DNA of 64,000 bases from Acidiferrobacteraceae bacterium (GCA_011052015.1 DRJZ01000051.1:828-64827), one strand, 5' to 3'; shown: positions 50,353 through 61,215, numbered from the stretch's first letter. Program-made: numbers and translations. The notes: a model not told the origin generated them from the letters alone.

Positions 50353-51003
50353 TCACGTCTTCGTGTACAATTGATGTTGTTGGATATAGTGAAGCACCGT
50401 AACCGGTAACATCGTCTCTACATCCACTTGCTCGGCCAGTCGGTTTCGAATTTGAGTCGCGGAAATATCCACCGGCGACACTTCTTGTACATAACATTGC
50501 CCCGAACTGACCCTTAGAAACTCACTTCGTTGTCGACAATGAATCTGCTGGGCCCAACTCGGTAATGCGGCCTGGACCCCAGGCCGCTGCATCACGACGA
50601 TATTGGCCAACCCCAGCACATCTTGCCAACGATGCCAGGTGGGCAGATTCACAAAGGCATCCATCCCCATGATGAGGCAAAATGTAATTGTAGGGCGTTC
50701 ATCACGCAGATCCTTCAGGGTATCCACCGTATAGGACACATTTGACCGCCGCAGTTCCCGATCATCAACAACAAACCCGGCATAATCTGCGACGGCCAAA
50801 CGGACCATTTCCAGGCGATGAACGGCATCGGCCACTGTGGGTTGGCGGTGGGGGGGCAAGGCACAGGGGATAAATCGAACGCTATCCAAACCCAAGGCCT
50901 GTTGAAGCTCAACAACGGGCCACAGGTGTCCAAAATGAATGGGGTCGAAAGTACCGCCAAAAAGACCAATCACGAAAAGAGGGTAGGCCCACTGCTGTCC
51001 CAC
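50353..51003 (-). CDS. nadD: Nicotinate-nucleotide adenylyltransferase NadD
   Basis: IGLFGGTFDPIHFGHL (H/T)xGH motif. Confidence 0.85.
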   Translation of the reverse strand: MGQQWAYPLFVIGLFGGTFDPIHFGHLWPVVELQQALGLDSVRFIPCALPPHRQPTVADAVHRLEMVRLAVADYAGFVVDDRELRRSNVSYTVDTLKDLRDERPTITFCLIMGMDAFVNLPTWHRWQDVLGLANIVVMQRPGVQAALPSWAQQIHCRQRSEFLRVSSGQCYVQEVSPVDISATQIRNRLAEQVDVETMLPVTVLHYIQQHQLYTKT

Positions 51004-51327
51004 AAGTCGACAAGATGTGCTCCAACCATCACTCCGGGCCGTTGCTTTGTCATTCCGAGTGCAGCGAGGACTCTCAACCTGCTTAACAAAGGCAATAAAC
51101 TCAACGGGTTAAGATCCTTCGACGCCTTGCGCCTCAGGATGACTAAAATCGAGTATAGCGATGGCGCTTTCATGTCCTCACACAACTCATTAGCGTGTAA
51201 CCACTGAAGTAACAGCATTTTAATGCGCTTTCGTGATTATCAACTGGGACAGTAGTGGGGTAGGCCATATTCCAGGATGATCATCAACGCACCACCTCTG
51301 GGCTTGGCAACAGACGTGCATCGACTG

Positions 51328-52611
51328 TTATTGACGAATATGACCGTCACCCAAGACAATATACTTTTGATTGGTCAGACCCTCAAGACCCACAGGGCCA
51401 CGCACATGCAGGCGATCGGTGCTAATCCCAATCTCCGCGCCCAGGCCATATTCAAACCCATCGGCAAAACGTGTCGAGGCGTTGACCATAACAGAACTGG
51501 AATCGACTTCCCGCAAAAACCGGTTGGCCCTGTTTAAATCTGCCGTCACAATAGTATCCGTGTGACCCGACCCGTGTTGACGAATGTGGGCAATGGCATC
51601 ATCGATATGATCAACTATTCTGATAGACAGGATGGGGGCCAGATATTCCGTGTCCCAATCTTCCTCGGTGGCAGACTTGATCTTTGGAAGATGTTCTCGG
51701 GTGCGTTCACAACCGCGCAACTCCACGCCTTCAGCCTGGTACAGACTCTCTAAACGGGCCAACACCGGCCCGGCTTCAGATGCCGCAATCAATAAGGTCT
51801 CCATGGTATTACAGGTGCCATAGCGCTGGGTCTTGGCATTAAATGCAATGGCAATGGCCTTTTGGGTGTCGGCACCGGCATCAATATAGACATGACATAT
51901 GCCGTGCAGGTGCTTGATCACCGGCACCGTGGCGTCGCGGCTGACACGCTCGATAAGGCCCTTGCCGCCACGGGGAATGATCACATCCACACTATCGTTC
52001 ATGGTAATCAAGGCGCCCACTGCGGCGCGATCGGTCGTGGCCATGACCTGCACTGCATCGGCACACAGGCCTGCCGCTGCAAGACCCTTATGCACGCAAT
52101 CGGCAATCATTTGATTGGAATGATAGGCCTCAGATCCACCTCTCAAAATAGCCACATTGCCGGCCTTGAGACATAACCCGGCCGCATCGGCAGTCACATT
52201 GGGACGTGACTCATAAATAATACCGATAACGCCCAGGGGCACGCGCATCTTACCCACCTGAATGCCAGAGGGGCGGTAGTGAAGATCGGTGATCTCACCT
52301 ACCGGGTCCGGTAACTCTGCAATCTGGCGCAGGCCTTCGGCCATAGCGGTGATACGGGCCGTATTGAGCTCCAGGCGATCTAGCAAGGCACTATCAAGAC
52401 CCTGTTTCTGAGCGGCCTCCAGGTCTTTGGTGTTGGCATCCAGCAAGGCCTGGCTAGAGGTCTCAATGGCCTCGGCGGTGGCGATCAGGGTTTGATTCTT
52501 TTTGTCGCTCGTTGCCCTGGCCAACTCCCCGGCAGCACTACGGGCACGACGCCCCACCTCGGCCATCAACTGGCCGATATCGGAATCAGAGATTGTCTGT
52601 GTCAATGCCAT
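51328..52611 (-). CDS. proA: Gamma-glutamyl phosphate reductase ProA
   Basis: Aldehyde-dehydrogenase-fold ProA signature ([18 protein letters not shown], catalytic CN in [15 protein letters not shown]); start probably MALTQ... (ATG near 52611). Confidence 0.9.
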   Translation of the reverse strand: MALTQTISDSDIGQLMAEVGRRARSAAGELARATSDKKNQTLIATAEAIETSSQALLDANTKDLEAAQKQGLDSALLDRLELNTARITAMAEGLRQIAELPDPVGEITDLHYRPSGIQVGKMRVPLGVIGIIYESRPNVTADAAGLCLKAGNVAILRGGSEAYHSNQMIADCVHKGLAAAGLCADAVQVMATTDRAAVGALITMNDSVDVIIPRGGKGLIERVSRDATVPVIKHLHGICHVYIDAGADTQKAIAIAFNAKTQRYGTCNTMETLLIAASEAGPVLARLESLYQAEGVELRGCERTREHLPKIKSATEEDWDTEYLAPILSIRIVDHIDDAIAHIRQHGSGHTDTIVTADLNRANRFLREVDSSSVMVNASTRFADGFEYGLGAEIGISTDRLHVRGPVGLEGLTNQKYIVLGDGHIRQ

Positions 52612-52659
52612 AATATGTACCCGCCGATTATAACCGCCTCGGGACCACCCCTCCACCTA

Positions 52660-52800
52660 GGGAACCTCTGATTAATACGTTCAACCGCCAAGGCGCCAAG
52701 GCGCCAAGGTCGCCAAGCTAGTAAATTGTTGATTTTTATAAAGAAAATTCTTGGCGCCTTGGCATCTTGGCGGCTCAAGTTCAATTGATCAGAATTTCCC
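52660..52800 (-). mobile_element. MITE-like element copy 3 (opposite orientation, one extra CAAGGCGCCAAG unit)
   Basis: TA|GGGAACCTCTGATTAAT...ATTGATCAGAATTTCCC|TA; sits between proA and holA, flanking TA 52801-02 lies inside the holA stop codon. Confidence 0.65.
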
Positions 52801-53837
52801 TAGAGCGGTTTGAGGCCACATAGACGCAGGCTAAACCGTTCCAGCTCAAGCCAAATATCCCCGTCCCGCCGCCCCTTGAGCACCCGATCCAGCCGCGCTA
52901 CCCACTGGATCATGCCTAACCATGCCGAGGCCGAAAACCGGGACAAGGCGGCGCCAACCTTAGGGGCACGCTGGGACCACACTCGATGGGCCTTGAAGAC
53001 CTGAGCACGAGACCGGCCGGCAGCGATCTCGCAAGCGATGGCCTGTAGAGCATGCACCTCCCGGCGCAAGGCCCAAAGCGCAAGGACAGGCTCAGTGCCT
53101 TCGGCGCGCAGGTTGTGGATCACCCGCAGGGCCTTGCTGGCCTGTCCCAACAAGCAGGCATCGACCAACGCATAAACATCGAAGCGTGCATTGTCGGCAA
53201 TGCTCGAACGGGTAGTAGCCAGATCTATGCTTCGATCCGGACACAATAGGTCCAGTTTATCGATCTCTTGGGCTATCCCCAAGAGGTTCCCACTTAGGTA
53301 ATAGGCCAGCTCCTCTATCACACCGGGCTGAGCGATCAATCCCCGCGATTTGAGTCGCCGACCAATCCAGTCTGGAATCTTGTCCTCGGCGACAGGCCAG
53401 CAAGGAACGTTCACGCCGACCCCATCTAAGGCCTTAAACCAGCGGCTTTGTCTGGCGGACTTATCCAATCGCCCGCAAACAACCAGCAACAGAATATCTT
53501 CGGGGGGTTGTTCGGCCCACTGTGTCAACACACCACCACCCACATCGCCGGGCCGACCGTTGGCAATACGCAATTCTACAACGCGCCTTTGGCTAAACAG
53601 CGAACCGGTGTGACAGTCTTGAGTCAGCTGCCCCCAATCAAATCTGGGGTCCACCGTATACACCCTTCGCTCATCAAAACCCTGGCTACGGGCGCAATGG
53701 TGGATGGCGTCCACAGACTCCTCCACCAGCAAAGTCTCATCGCCAAAGACAAGATAGACCGGCGCCAGAACACCTTTGACGTGGACGCCTATTTGTTGCG
53801 GATTGACTATCATGAGTAATCTGCGTAACCGGCACAA
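52800..53837 (-). CDS. holA: DNA polymerase III delta subunit HolA
   Basis: HolA N-terminal pattern (PVYLVFGDETLLVEESVDAI); position between lptE and proA as in Pseudomonas-type synteny. Confidence 0.75.
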   Translation of the reverse strand: MCRLRRLLMIVNPQQIGVHVKGVLAPVYLVFGDETLLVEESVDAIHHCARSQGFDERRVYTVDPRFDWGQLTQDCHTGSLFSQRRVVELRIANGRPGDVGGGVLTQWAEQPPEDILLLVVCGRLDKSARQSRWFKALDGVGVNVPCWPVAEDKIPDWIGRRLKSRGLIAQPGVIEELAYYLSGNLLGIAQEIDKLDLLCPDRSIDLATTRSSIADNARFDVYALVDACLLGQASKALRVIHNLRAEGTEPVLALWALRREVHALQAIACEIAAGRSRAQVFKAHRVWSQRAPKVGAALSRFSASAWLGMIQWVARLDRVLKGRRDGDIWLELERFSLRLCGLKPL

Positions 53838-53904
53838 ACGCCGGTCTTTTGTTGTTCAACAATAGCCGTTAAAGTGACAGGCGGCAACTAAGCCGCCTGG
53901 GTGA

Positions 53905-54396
53905 TTATCTTGAAATGGCCGCAAGTTGACGAATGATCTGCAGGGCCGCAGCCTTCTCCATGTCCTGGCGCAGATAAGTCTCCTCACTTTCCTTGGCCAA
54001 CACCTGCGTGCTGTCAAAGTTGTAATCGCGCTGTTTCTGGACGCGTTGATCGGCCAGCAACTTGTTACCACCCTTGTCCGTCACATTAAAATTTAATTCA
54101 TAGTTCAGCACGTAGCCTGTAACTTTGCCGCGTGTATCCACTGTGCGCACAATTCGATTGTACTTAATGTTAGTGATCCGAAGCACTGTGGCGGCGCCAT
54201 CGGAAGATCCGGCGGGTGCATTTCCGGAACTGCTTAACTGTTCCTGCATAATGCCGGCAAAAGAGGCGTCAGAACTCTTCACGTAGACCGGTGACACCTT
54301 GCTCGATAACTGCACCTTGCCGCGAAGATGAAATCCGCAGCTCTGCACGGCCGCGAGGATAAGGCTTATAGTTAGTATTGTCAGTACACGTTTCAT
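53905..54396 (-). CDS. lptE: LPS-assembly lipoprotein LptE
   Basis: Lipobox and the classic SCGFHLRG motif. Confidence 0.85.
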   Translation of the reverse strand: MKRVLTILTISLILAAVQSCGFHLRGKVQLSSKVSPVYVKSSDASFAGIMQEQLSSSGNAPAGSSDGAATVLRITNIKYNRIVRTVDTRGKVTGYVLNYELNFNVTDKGGNKLLADQRVQKQRDYNFDSTQVLAKESEETYLRQDMEKAAALQIIRQLAAISR

Positions 54397-54551
54397 TGGG
54401 GGCCACTCCAGAATATTTTCAGACAGGCATTATAAACACTATGGGTACCGCGAATAAATTATTAATTCCCGGTTTTAGCTAATTGTAAGCATAGCTCAGG
54501 ATAACTTGTTGATATTATAATGGTTTTATATCGCAACCATGGTAAACGGTG

Positions 54552-57041
54552 TTATCCGGCAACAATATTAACCAGGCGTCCAGGCACCACAATCACCTTC
54601 TTAACCGCCAAACCCTGCAAATGGCGTTTGACGCCTTCACTCGCCAGCGCCAGGGTTTCGACCTGAGACTTATCGGCATCTGTCGGCACTTCGACCCGAC
54701 TCCGTACCTTGCCATTGACCTGAACCACATATTCGACACTGTCTACCAGCAACGCCCCAGGATCGACCTGTGGCCAGGATGCATTAATGATGGCCGTACC
54801 ATAGCCCAGATCCTCCCATAAAACGTGGGTCAAGTGAGGTGTAATAGGCGCCAATATTCGCAACAAGATACTTACTCCTTCCGCCACCACGGCCTTATCC
54901 ATATCGGACTCGATCACCGGGTACTTTTGCAATGCCGTGAGCATTTTCATGGCTGCTGACACCACCGTATTGAATTGTTGCCGGGAATAGTCAAAATCCG
55001 CCTGTTTGAGTATCTGGTGAACTTGGCGTCGGCTATGGGTCTGGGTCTCGTTGATCTGGCTCCAGTCAATCGCGTCTTCAGGGCTTGCGTTGAAGGTCTG
55101 TAGCCACTCCCGTTGCTGATAGGCAAAGGCCCATAACTTCTTCAAAAATCGATAGGCCCCTTCTACCCCCGAATCTGACCACTCCAGGGACTGATCGGGC
55201 GGCGCAGCAAACACAATAAAGAGCCTTGCGGTGTCAGCGCCATATCTATCCACCAGGGCCTGGGGGTCCACCGTGTTGCCCTTGGACTTTGACATCTTGG
55301 CGCCATCCTTGAGGACCATGCCCTGGGTGAGCAACTTGACGAAGGGTTCATCGTTGACCACAAGACCCTGGTCACGGAGCAACTTGTTATAAAACCGTGC
55401 GTACAACAAATGCAAAATGGCGTGCTCGACCCCCCCCACATATTGGTCTACCGGCAACCAATATTGAGCCCGCCCATCCAACATGGCCTTATCATTATCC
55501 GGACAACTGTATCTGGCGAAATACCATGACGACTCCATAAAGGTATCGAAGGTATCGGTCTCCCGTTCAGCATCGCCACCGCACCTGGGACAAGCCACCA
55601 ATCGAAATGTGTCCAATTGCTTAAGAGGAGATTGCGCTCCATCAAGACTGACGTCATCTGGCAGGCGTACTGGCAAATCCTCGTCCGCTACCGGCACGGT
55701 GCCACAGGCCTTGCAATAGATCATGGGGATCGGTGCGCCCCAATAGCGTTGCCGGGATACGCCCCAATCACGTAACCGATAATTGACCTGTCGCCCCCCC
55801 AGATCCATTGAGTGCAGCTTGTCCGCCACCGCAGAAAAGGCCTGCCCGGAAGTCAAATCATTAAACGGGCCTGAATCCACTAATACCCCCTTGCCGGTGT
55901 AGGCACATTCATCCACCAGATGGGCCTGGGCAGGGTTGTCAGCCGGTACCACCACTACCTTAATGGCAAGGGTATACTTATGGGCAAATTCCCAGTCCCG
56001 CTGATCATGGGCGGGTACCGCCATGACTGCACCTTCGCCATAGGCCATGAGTACAAAATTGGCCACCCACAGGGGAAGGGTCTCACCGGTAATGGGGTGG
56101 CGCACCTTGAGTCCGGTGTCGGCACCTCGTTTCTCCATGGCCTCCATGGCCGCCTCGGAGACCTCCATGGTCTTGCACTCGTCTATGAAGGCGGCGATTT
56201 TTTTGTCTGATTGTGCCGCCTTTTGGGCCAGTGGGTGCTGCGGCGCCACCGCCACGTAGGTCACACCCATTAGGGTATCAGGACGAGTGGTAAAGACCTT
56301 CAGCACCCCACCGCCATCAGCACTATCAAAAGGAAAGTGAATCTCAACACCCTCAGAGCGGCCTATCCAGTTGCATTGCATGGTAACGACCTTCTCCGGC
56401 CAACCCTCCAAGGTATCCAGGTCGGCCAGCAGCGGTTCGATGTAGTCGGTGATCTTCATAAACCACTGCGGGATATCCTTTTTTTCCACTGGCGTATCAC
56501 ACCGCCAACAGCATCCATCGATGACTTGCTCATTGGCCAGCACGGTCAAGTCCTTGGGGCACCAATTGACCGGCGCGGTCTTTTTGTAAACCAGACCCTT
56601 CTCATATAGCCGGATAAAAAACCACTGTTCCCACCGATAATAATCCGGGTCGCAGGTGGCCAATTCCCGATCCCAATCGTAGGCAAAACCCAGCCGCTTT
56701 AACTGACGCCGCATATAATCGATATTCTCACGGGTCCATTTGGCCGGCGGCACCTTATTCTTGATCGCGGCGTTTTCAGCGGGCAGGCCAAAGGCATCCC
56801 AGCCCATGGGTTGGAGCACATTCTTGCCTAGCATGCGTTGCTGTCGCGCAATGACATCACCCAGGGTGTAATTACGAACGTGGCCCATGTGTAGCTGTCC
56901 CGACGGATAGGGGAACATGGACAGGCAATAATACTTCTCGCGATCGGGGTCTTCGCTGACACAGAACATGCCTTCGCTTTCCCATACTTCCTGGGTCGCG
57001 GTTTCTATGGCTTGGGGGTTGTATTGAGGGTCCATTGGCAT
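54552..57041 (-). CDS. leuS: Leucyl-tRNA synthetase
   Basis: HMGH and KMSKS motifs; near-colinear with E. coli LeuS throughout. Confidence 0.95.
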   Translation of the reverse strand: MPMDPQYNPQAIETATQEVWESEGMFCVSEDPDREKYYCLSMFPYPSGQLHMGHVRNYTLGDVIARQQRMLGKNVLQPMGWDAFGLPAENAAIKNKVPPAKWTRENIDYMRRQLKRLGFAYDWDRELATCDPDYYRWEQWFFIRLYEKGLVYKKTAPVNWCPKDLTVLANEQVIDGCCWRCDTPVEKKDIPQWFMKITDYIEPLLADLDTLEGWPEKVVTMQCNWIGRSEGVEIHFPFDSADGGGVLKVFTTRPDTLMGVTYVAVAPQHPLAQKAAQSDKKIAAFIDECKTMEVSEAAMEAMEKRGADTGLKVRHPITGETLPLWVANFVLMAYGEGAVMAVPAHDQRDWEFAHKYTLAIKVVVVPADNPAQAHLVDECAYTGKGVLVDSGPFNDLTSGQAFSAVADKLHSMDLGGRQVNYRLRDWGVSRQRYWGAPIPMIYCKACGTVPVADEDLPVRLPDDVSLDGAQSPLKQLDTFRLVACPRCGGDAERETDTFDTFMESSWYFARYSCPDNDKAMLDGRAQYWLPVDQYVGGVEHAILHLLYARFYNKLLRDQGLVVNDEPFVKLLTQGMVLKDGAKMSKSKGNTVDPQALVDRYGADTARLFIVFAAPPDQSLEWSDSGVEGAYRFLKKLWAFAYQQREWLQTFNASPEDAIDWSQINETQTHSRRQVHQILKQADFDYSRQQFNTVVSAAMKMLTALQKYPVIESDMDKAVVAEGVSILLRILAPITPHLTHVLWEDLGYGTAIINASWPQVDPGALLVDSVEYVVQVNGKVRSRVEVPTDADKSQVETLALASEGVKRHLQGLAVKKVIVVPGRLVNIVAG

Positions 57042-57084
57042 CGGCAGTTTTAGAAATGCAGTCCTTTAGGATAATTTATGGGCG

Positions 57085-57130
57085 ATTCGGACGAATGCTT
57101 GGCTCTCGCAAAGGCGCCAAGCACGCAAAG
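57085..57130 (+). repeat. Left copy of a ~45-bp direct repeat (partner at 58860-58905) flanking a 3-gene islet; contains the MITE-internal GGCGCCAAG motif
   Basis: CTCGCAAAGGCGCCAAGCACGCAAAGGAAAAGGCAGCTATGGTC versus CTCGCCAAGGCGCCAAGTGCGCAAAGGAAAAACGGCTACGGTG (about 80% identical, same orientation). Confidence 0.55.
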
Positions 57131-57304
57131 GAAAAGGCAGCTATGGTCAATCGCTTTATTAAACAATCCAGCTATTCTACCCCACAAGGGGTGCACCGAG
57201 GTCTGCGGGCTTAGCACCTTTGCGAGAGAAGTTAGATATCAAATCATACGCTGGATCGTTTACTTGGCCAAACTTTCCCCCAGGTTTTTCTGAGGAGGCG
57301 TAGT

Positions 57305-57676
57305 TTAGTCGGCAAAAAAGACTTGCAACAATTTTGCTACCATCACCGGCACGATAACCGTATGTCTATTTTTATTTTTCATGAGACGTAGATTCATAGA
57401 CACATCAACCGATGGGTTTTCCGTGAGGTTAAATATAATGTCAACCTTGTCGCCAAGATCTACCAGATCCAGAGCGTCTTCAAATACGGGAATATTGTTT
57501 TGTGCGAACCCCAGGGCGATGGGCGAATCTAAATGGCGATCCGCCACAGCCACGATCTTGACCGGTGCATTTTTAACCTGCGTTTGCTCAAGCAGCATCT
57601 CGGCAAATAATTCACCAATTTCGCCAAGTCCAACCAAGGCTACTCTAATATCACCATTTACTGTGTCATCAGCCAT
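57305..57676 (-). CDS. Short NAD(P)-binding Rossmann-domain protein, possibly a truncated dehydrogenase
   Basis: IRVALVGLGEIGELF (GxGxxG), acidic VAVADR 20 residues later, then DIIFNLTENPSV; only 123 aa and ends close to the flanking repeat. Confidence 0.4.
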   Translation of the reverse strand: MADDTVNGDIRVALVGLGEIGELFAEMLLEQTQVKNAPVKIVAVADRHLDSPIALGFAQNNIPVFEDALDLVDLGDKVDIIFNLTENPSVDVSMNLRLMKNKNRHTVIVPVMVAKLLQVFFAD

Positions 57677-57830
57677 CGGATTTTGTGCCTCTTGTTACTA
57701 TAATCTCAAGAGCGCTTCTATCAATCCCCTTACCCCATAAGGAGGGCTCTTTTTAGTACCCCCTTGAGAGATAGAGGGGATTACCCATTAACAGAAAGTG
57801 TCCTTAAGTTCGTTGACCGTGCACTATTGC

Positions 57831-58178
57831 TTAATCACTGCTATCTGTGTCCCCGGCCGGCCGAATAGTCACCTCAAGGGCCGCACGCCCACTGGGCCAC
57901 TCAGAAAAAGGGAAGGGCGCCTCATCAGAATTATAGGTAAGGTACTGCAATATCTGATAGACATACATCCCCAATTGTGCGCCAAAGTCCAACGTCCGCT
58001 GATTCCGCGAACCGGTAAACAGCGTCATAACGACTTGGAACAGCACCACCGCCGCGATCAGAATCTCAACCACGTTAAACACCACAAAATAAAAAACCAT
58101 ATACACCAACCGTAACCACGTGGCTGGGTTGAGTAGGTTGTCTTTAATTTCGTCACTCATTACCTTCTCATTTTCCAT
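57831..58178 (-). CDS. DUF4389-like small membrane protein
   Basis: WLRLVYMVFYFVVFNVVEILIAAVVLFQVVMTLFTG...YLTYNSDEAPFPFSEWP, which matches my recollection of the DUF4389 signature. Confidence 0.5.
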   Translation of the reverse strand: MENEKVMSDEIKDNLLNPATWLRLVYMVFYFVVFNVVEILIAAVVLFQVVMTLFTGSRNQRTLDFGAQLGMYVYQILQYLTYNSDEAPFPFSEWPSGRAALEVTIRPAGDTDSSD

Positions 58179-58194
58179 ATCTATATCCTAAAAA

Positions 58195-58704
58195 TTAAGC
58201 TCCACCTATGTTGTCCCATATTTCATCTCCTACAATACCCAACTCCCGGTCCCACACCAAGCGCCCGATATTTTTAAATTTCGCCACCGAAATCGCCCCT
58301 CGGCGGCTACGTCGGCCGCCTTTGGCATTACTTAACTCGGCAAGGATATCATCTCGTTGCGCCTCATAGATTTCACAAGACTCGTACTGATCATCCATCA
58401 GGACCAATAACACACTATCCCATTCCTGATCGATCTTGATTTGGCCGACACGCTGTCCAGATTTTTTTTCGTCGAATACGACCCGGCCCTTAATCTGGAT
58501 CTTCTTGCCCTTGCGCTCACCCTTACCAATGGCATCGTAACCGCCTGCCTGTCCCTGAACCACCTCAAGTCCCAATATTTCTGCAGCATCATACTGGGCA
58601 ATCTCGGCACTGATACCGCCCAAAGACTTCCCCGTTGCCTGGCGGTAGTCTCGAGCGAGCCGACGCGCCTCACCAATCAGCTTGGATACCGAGTAGACCC
58701 CCAT
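58195..58704 (-). CDS. Hypothetical protein (169 aa)
   Basis: ORF with good coding periodicity, no confidently recognisable family; weak D...(E/Q)xK-like pattern (GYDAIG...KKIQIKGR). Confidence 0.4.
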   Translation of the reverse strand: MGVYSVSKLIGEARRLARDYRQATGKSLGGISAEIAQYDAAEILGLEVVQGQAGGYDAIGKGERKGKKIQIKGRVVFDEKKSGQRVGQIKIDQEWDSVLLVLMDDQYESCEIYEAQRDDILAELSNAKGGRRSRRGAISVAKFKNIGRLVWDRELGIVGDEIWDNIGGA

Positions 58705-58859
58705 GAATTCAACCCCCCTGGCGAACCGAACCAGTCGGCACAGTGTCCATTATTTAGGAAACCAGGGTCCCAAGTAAACCCGGCGGCTGCATAAATTGCC
58801 TCCTCAAGAAAATCTGTGGGGAAAAATACAGCCCAGTGTATGCTTTGAGAGTCGATACT

Positions 58860-58905
58860 CTCGCCAAGGCGCCAAGTGCGCAAAGGAAAAACGGCTACGG
58901 TGACG
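58860..58905 (+). repeat. Right copy of the islet-flanking direct repeat
   Basis: See the 57085-57130 feature. Confidence 0.55.
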
Positions 58906-59803
58906 CCCCTGTTTTCAGCACGGCCTTGGGGTCTCGGACATACTCAGCCATGGAACCATCATAGAGGCTCACCTGAGTAAAACCCAGGTGCCGCAACACC
59001 AGATAGGATTGCGCAGCGCGATGGCCCGAGCGGCAATAGGTGATCACCGGGGCTGACTTATCCTTTACGCCGATGGCCGCCAGGCTCGCCAAGAGGTCAA
59101 TACGATCTTTGAGCTTGAATCCGGCATTGAACCCCACCGATTGATCCCAAGGCCACCACCGAGCGCCGGGGATATGGCCACTGGGCTTGTTGTGTTTCTT
59201 GAGATTCTCGTTTCCCAAATATTCTTCTTTGCTGCGCACATCCAGTAACACCGCCGTACGCTTGTCTCTGGCAATAACAACCTCTTCCAACTTGGCATCG
59301 TTGGCACGGCCAGCAAGCTTGGTACGCCAATACTGGTTTGGCTTTGGTAATGTGGGGGCCGCCACCACCTTGCGGCCTTCCAGCACCCATCGCACCAAAC
59401 CACCGTCCATCACCGAAACCTGGCGGTGGCCAATACGCTCGAGCTCCCAAAATAGGCGGCCCGCTTGCAGGCCACCCATATCATCGTAGATAACCACATG
59501 GTGGTCGGCGGTGATCCCCATCAGGCCTAGAACTTTAATTAAATGTTGATCGGGCACCCGCACACTAACCCCGTCCTTGCGTGTATAGACAATGGCAGCG
59601 TAGGGCAGGTAAACAGCGCCAGAAAGATGGAAACGCTGGTATTGGGTATCCTCCACCGCCATATCCACCAGCAACAACTTGGGATCGTCCATATGCTTGG
59701 CGACCCAGGCAGTATCCACCAGGACCGGCGCCGCCAAGCCTGTCAGGGGGGTAACAAACACGAGTAGCGATATAACCTTTAGGAAATTGATTCTCATAAT
59801 CAT
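58895..59803 (-). CDS. Periplasmic tandem-rhodanese-domain thiosulfate/3-mercaptopyruvate sulfurtransferase (SseA/PspE-like)
   Basis: Signal peptide; two rhodanese domains, the second with active-site loop YCRSGHRAAQ (CRxGxR). Confidence 0.8.
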   Translation of the reverse strand: MIMRINFLKVISLLVFVTPLTGLAAPVLVDTAWVAKHMDDPKLLLVDMAVEDTQYQRFHLSGAVYLPYAAIVYTRKDGVSVRVPDQHLIKVLGLMGITADHHVVIYDDMGGLQAGRLFWELERIGHRQVSVMDGGLVRWVLEGRKVVAAPTLPKPNQYWRTKLAGRANDAKLEEVVIARDKRTAVLLDVRSKEEYLGNENLKKHNKPSGHIPGARWWPWDQSVGFNAGFKLKDRIDLLASLAAIGVKDKSAPVITYCRSGHRAAQSYLVLRHLGFTQVSLYDGSMAEYVRDPKAVLKTGASP

Positions 59804-59814
59804 GCAGTCTGTAC

Positions 59815-60522
59815 TTAGTGTGGGGTCAAATATGCGGCGGCCGTAGTTGTCAAACCATCAAAACAAGCACGGTAGTGCCTGGTCTGCATCACCCCATTTT
59901 TTTCGTCAATGGCATAGGCAATCTCTACATCATCCAGACTTAGTTCGACCTCCTTACCATCGAGATTACCTTCACATTGTTCAAAAAGACGATTTCCGGT
60001 GGCATCAAAACCTCGAAACGCATGGAGGTCACCATTGTACTGGTGCAAAAAGATGAGGGTCTGGCTGGGGGCATTTCGGTGCGTCGGCAAATAAGTTGCG
60101 GAATAATCACGCACTACATGCCCCTGGTCATCGTAAACATTGACAGAAATACTGTGAATACGATCTCGGGGCATTTTGGGTTCCTCCTCCTTGAACATTG
60201 ACAGCACCTTATCCAGGCCCCCTTTTTCCGCCTCCCGCTCCCACTGTATTACACTCAGTAATTTCCCTGACTTCTTGTCGTAATAACTGATCTCTTCGTA
60301 AAACTCTGGATGACGCGGATAACCACCAATACGTGACACCTGCCTGATCTCGTACTTCACCTGCGCCGTGTTGTGCAGATCATAAAGCACATCAACAAAA
60401 CGATTCCACCGCACCACATGAGAATCACTACCGCCAATCTGAAAACTTGTATCGGCCAACACAGGCAATAACCCACCTAAAAAGATGGCGCCGCTAACAA
60501 GTATTATTCGTGCCCGCATCAT
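59815..60522 (-). CDS. Hypothetical secreted protein immediately upstream of the rhodanese gene
   Basis: Signal peptide (MMRARIILVSGAIFLGGLLPVLA); no recognisable domain; 12-nt gap to the rhodanese start. Confidence 0.45.
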   Translation of the reverse strand: MMRARIILVSGAIFLGGLLPVLADTSFQIGGSDSHVVRWNRFVDVLYDLHNTAQVKYEIRQVSRIGGYPRHPEFYEEISYYDKKSGKLLSVIQWEREAEKGGLDKVLSMFKEEEPKMPRDRIHSISVNVYDDQGHVVRDYSATYLPTHRNAPSQTLIFLHQYNGDLHAFRGFDATGNRLFEQCEGNLDGKEVELSLDDVEIAYAIDEKNGVMQTRHYRACFDGLTTTAAAYLTPH

Positions 60523-60651
60523 TGATTTCCTCTAGTATATTTAGAAGTGCCCAGAAGTGAATTTCACCGCCTATTGATCATTGCCAATCAATGCGCCCCT
60601 ACCCAATCATAGACCGCTCAATCTGGAAATTGTTTCAGATGATCATCGTGC

Positions 60652-61059
60652 CTATGGGCCCAGGTGTATCACAATCTGACGCGACCCCCCGTGGCGTCGA
60701 TGCTCCCAAAGATATATCCCCTGCCAAACCCCCAATGCCAATCGACCGTTGACTATGGGAACCGATAAACTGGTCGCAGTGAGCACGCTCTTGATATGGC
60801 CCGGCATATCATCCGGGCCTTCCATGATATGGGTGTACAACGAATCACCCTCTGCCACCAATCGGTTCAACCAATTCTCCAGGTCACGGCATACCGATGG
60901 ATCAGCATTCTCCTGAATAATAAGGCTGGCTGAGGTGTGGCGGCTAAACAGGGTGCATAAACCCTCGTCGATACCTGCCCTGGAAACAATGGTCTCTACA
61001 TCGGTGGTGAAATCATGCAAGCCCTGGCCACCGGCGTGGACATCAATCTGATAGATCAT
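60652..61059 (-). CDS. yjbQ: YjbQ/UPF0047-family protein
   Basis: Characteristic UPF0047 sequence (LCTLFSRHTSASLIIQENADPSV...HIMEGPDDMPGHIKS); 135 aa. Confidence 0.75.
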   Translation of the reverse strand: MIYQIDVHAGGQGLHDFTTDVETIVSRAGIDEGLCTLFSRHTSASLIIQENADPSVCRDLENWLNRLVAEGDSLYTHIMEGPDDMPGHIKSVLTATSLSVPIVNGRLALGVWQGIYLWEHRRHGGSRQIVIHLGP

Positions 61060-61117
61060 GGGCTAAAACACCACACCGGTCATAAATAACCCCGCCGCAA
61101 GCAAGCGGGGTATTAAT

Positions 61118-61215
61118 CGAAAGAACGTTCTAAACCGCCAAGACGCCAAGGACACCAGAAAAATATGTCTGCCAACACTTTGGCGCGCTTGGCATCTTGG
61201 CGGTTCAGCATTAAT
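61118..61215 (+). repeat. Decayed MITE-like remnant (internal CCGCCAAGACGCCAAG...CTTGGCATCTTGGCGG core between ATTAATC motifs, GGGAA termini missing)
   Basis: Core matches the interior of copies 1-3; TIR ends degenerate. Confidence 0.4.

Noticed and set aside
52681-52720. Tandem CAAGGCGCCAAG units looked superficially CRISPR- or tandem-repeat-like
   Set aside because: Units are 6-12 bp, contiguous, without spacers, and lie inside a TIR-bounded MITE; not a CRISPR array.
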